This document shows positions 62,482-64,000 of a stretch of 64,000 nucleotides of DNA, one piece after another. A program made the translations under genes and the position numbers. Source of the stretch: Anthoceros angustus (Eukaryota > Plantae > Anthocerotophyta). The stretch's first letter is position 1; the number at the start of each line of letters is the position of its first letter. Under the pieces are notes generated by a model. That model was not told the origin of the DNA and did not search any database. It saw only the letters and a list, made by a program, of their open reading frames with translations. The stretch is taken from the NCBI GenBank assembly GCA_010909165.1, contig MU008190.1:345166-409165 (forward strand), given 5' to 3'.

Positions 62482-64000
62482 ATGCACCACTGTGGGGAAG
62501 GAGCCTCCACTGTCGGCAGTGTAAGGCAGACAGACTTCCCTTGCAGTCTTGTGGACAAGTCATCTCCTTCTCGATATTGCTGCACCAAGAAGTGGATACA
62601 TGTTCCGGACCCTCATAGACCGACCATTGTGTGGACTTGCACCCTTTGCAGGACTGCATACACATCAGAGTACATTCATGAACTGGAAACTGTGGGCAAT
62701 CGAGGATGTCTGGACAAGGGACTAGGCGTGCTGCTCTGCATGGATCAGCGGGGAATCGCACCTTCTGTGCAGTTGTACAAGAATCTGTTGCTAGCCTGCA
62801 CGAAGAAAAATTCCCTTCACGAGGCCAAGCTGGTGCATGCCCATTTGGCAAAGCATGGGTTGGAGTCCAACAGAATGCTGCTCGACCTTGTTGTCACCAC
62901 GCTGGTGAACTGTGGTAGCCTCGCCGAGGGGCTTCAGTTGTTTCACCGGCTGCCCCGGCGAACTGTTTTCTCTTGGACAGCCGTCATCTCAGGGTATAGC
63001 AATGCAGGGCAATGTCGGGAGGCTATCCTATGCTACAAGCAGATGCAACAGGAGGGTGTTTGGCCGGATAGTTATACATTTGTCAGCGTGCTTAAAGCAT
63101 GCAGCAAGTTGGAGGACTTGGAAGAGGGCAAGCGCATTCACGCTGCTATTGTATGTCATGGGTTGGAATCAGACATGTTTGTTGCAAGTACCTTGATCAG
63201 TATGTATGCAAAGTGTGGTAGCATGATGGATGCACAACATGTGTTTGATGGACTGACCCAGCGGAATGTAGTGTCATGGACAGCCATGGTTGCAGCGTAT
63301 GCTCAAAAGGACCAAGGAGATAAAGCTTTACAGATTTTTTGGCAAATGCAAGAAGAAGGCGTCAGACCAGATTCACGGACCTTTGTCTGTGCGCTCCAAG
63401 CTTGTGGCAGCCTTGCGGAGAGAGAGGAAAGGGCAGTCGAGGAAGGGCAAAGTGTTAAGAAGCAGTCTCTCCAGAAAGGTAGGATAGTCCATGCTGCCGC
63501 TGTTGAGAGCGGTTGGGAATCAGACAGCTTTGTAGGCAATTCTTTGGTGAGCATGTATGCAAAATGTGGGAGCCTTAAGGATGCCCAAGTCGTCTTCGAT
63601 GGTCTGTACCATCCCAATTTAGTTTCATGGAATGCCATGATGGCAGCACATGCCCAGCAGGACCAAGGAGCCAAGGCCCTGCAGATATTTCAGCAGATGC
63701 AAGAGAAAGATGTCATGCCAGATGCCCGGACTTTTGTCAGCGCTCTTCAAGCATGTAGCAGCCTAGCTGAAAACGAGGTAGCCAGGCTGCAGGAGGGGAA
63801 ATATGTTAAGTTTGAGTCCCTGCGCAAGGCCAGAAAATTACATGCTGCAGTAACAGACAGGGGCTTGGAGTTGAATGTTTTTGTCGGCAGCAGTTTGGTC
63901 AGTGTCTATGCGAAGTGTTGGAGCATCGAGGATGCAGAGCAGGTGTTCGAAAGATTGTCCAACCGCAATGTCGTGTGTTGGAGTGCCATGATTGCAGCAT
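62482..64000 (+). CDS. PLS-class pentatricopeptide repeat protein (runs off the window end)
   Basis: Open frame with PDSYTFVSVLKAC, VASTLISMYAKCGS..DAQHVFD, RNVVSWTAMVAAYAQ repeats. The start is uncertain. Confidence 0.93.
   Translation, partial: MHHCGEGASTVGSVRQTDFPCSLVDKSSPSRYCCTKKWIHVPDPHRPTIVWTCTLCRTAYTSEYIHELETVGNRGCLDKGLGVLLCMDQRGIAPSVQLYKNLLLACTKKNSLHEAKLVHAHLAKHGLESNRMLLDLVVTTLVNCGSLAEGLQLFHRLPRRTVFSWTAVISGYSNAGQCREAILCYKQMQQEGVWPDSYTFVSVLKACSKLEDLEEGKRIHAAIVCHGLESDMFVASTLISMYAKCGSMMDAQHVFDGLTQRNVVSWTAMVAAYAQKDQGDKALQIFWQMQEEGVRPDSRTFVCALQACGSLAEREERAVEEGQSVKKQSLQKGRIVHAAAVESGWESDSFVGNSLVSMYAKCGSLKDAQVVFDGLYHPNLVSWNAMMAAHAQQDQGAKALQIFQQMQEKDVMPDARTFVSALQACSSLAENEVARLQEGKYVKFESLRKARKLHAAVTDRGLELNVFVGSSLVSVYAKCWSIEDAEQVFERLSNRNVVCWSAMIAA

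Overview
Eukaryotic, land-plant nuclear DNA. About 50% GC, short GT-AG introns and a PLS-type PPR gene fit a seedless plant such as a hornwort; that assignment is inference. Four host genes are present: a plastid arogenate dehydrogenase (21693-23753), a TM/coiled-coil protein (~57032-59315), an LRR-less NB-ARC gene (60061-61851) and a PPR gene (62482->64000). The rest is three transposon nests whose ends I resolved by eye. (1) A Mutator-like element (1578-20310, TIRs, 9-bp TSD AGTAGTGTT) contains a CRE-clade non-LTR retrotransposon (3596-6815) and a 10.2-kb TIR DNA transposon (7113-17284). The 10.2-kb element carries a Sola1/DUF7869-type DDD transposase, a divergently oriented ParB/Srx-domain + beta-class N6A/N4C DNA methyltransferase fusion, a possible BAH-like ORF and recurring 20-24-bp palindromes. 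It is the best candidate for an undescribed system. (2) Three nested Ty1/Copia elements (25311-38265), two with antisense ORFs 3' of pol. (3) Gypsy remnants with a post-pol extra ORF, one split by a CACTA-like element with CCCTA ends (40155-48721, TSD TCC). TE reading frames are full of 1-bp indels while host genes are clean, so part of the apparent decay may be assembly error. All domain calls come from motif recognition only; no database searches were run.
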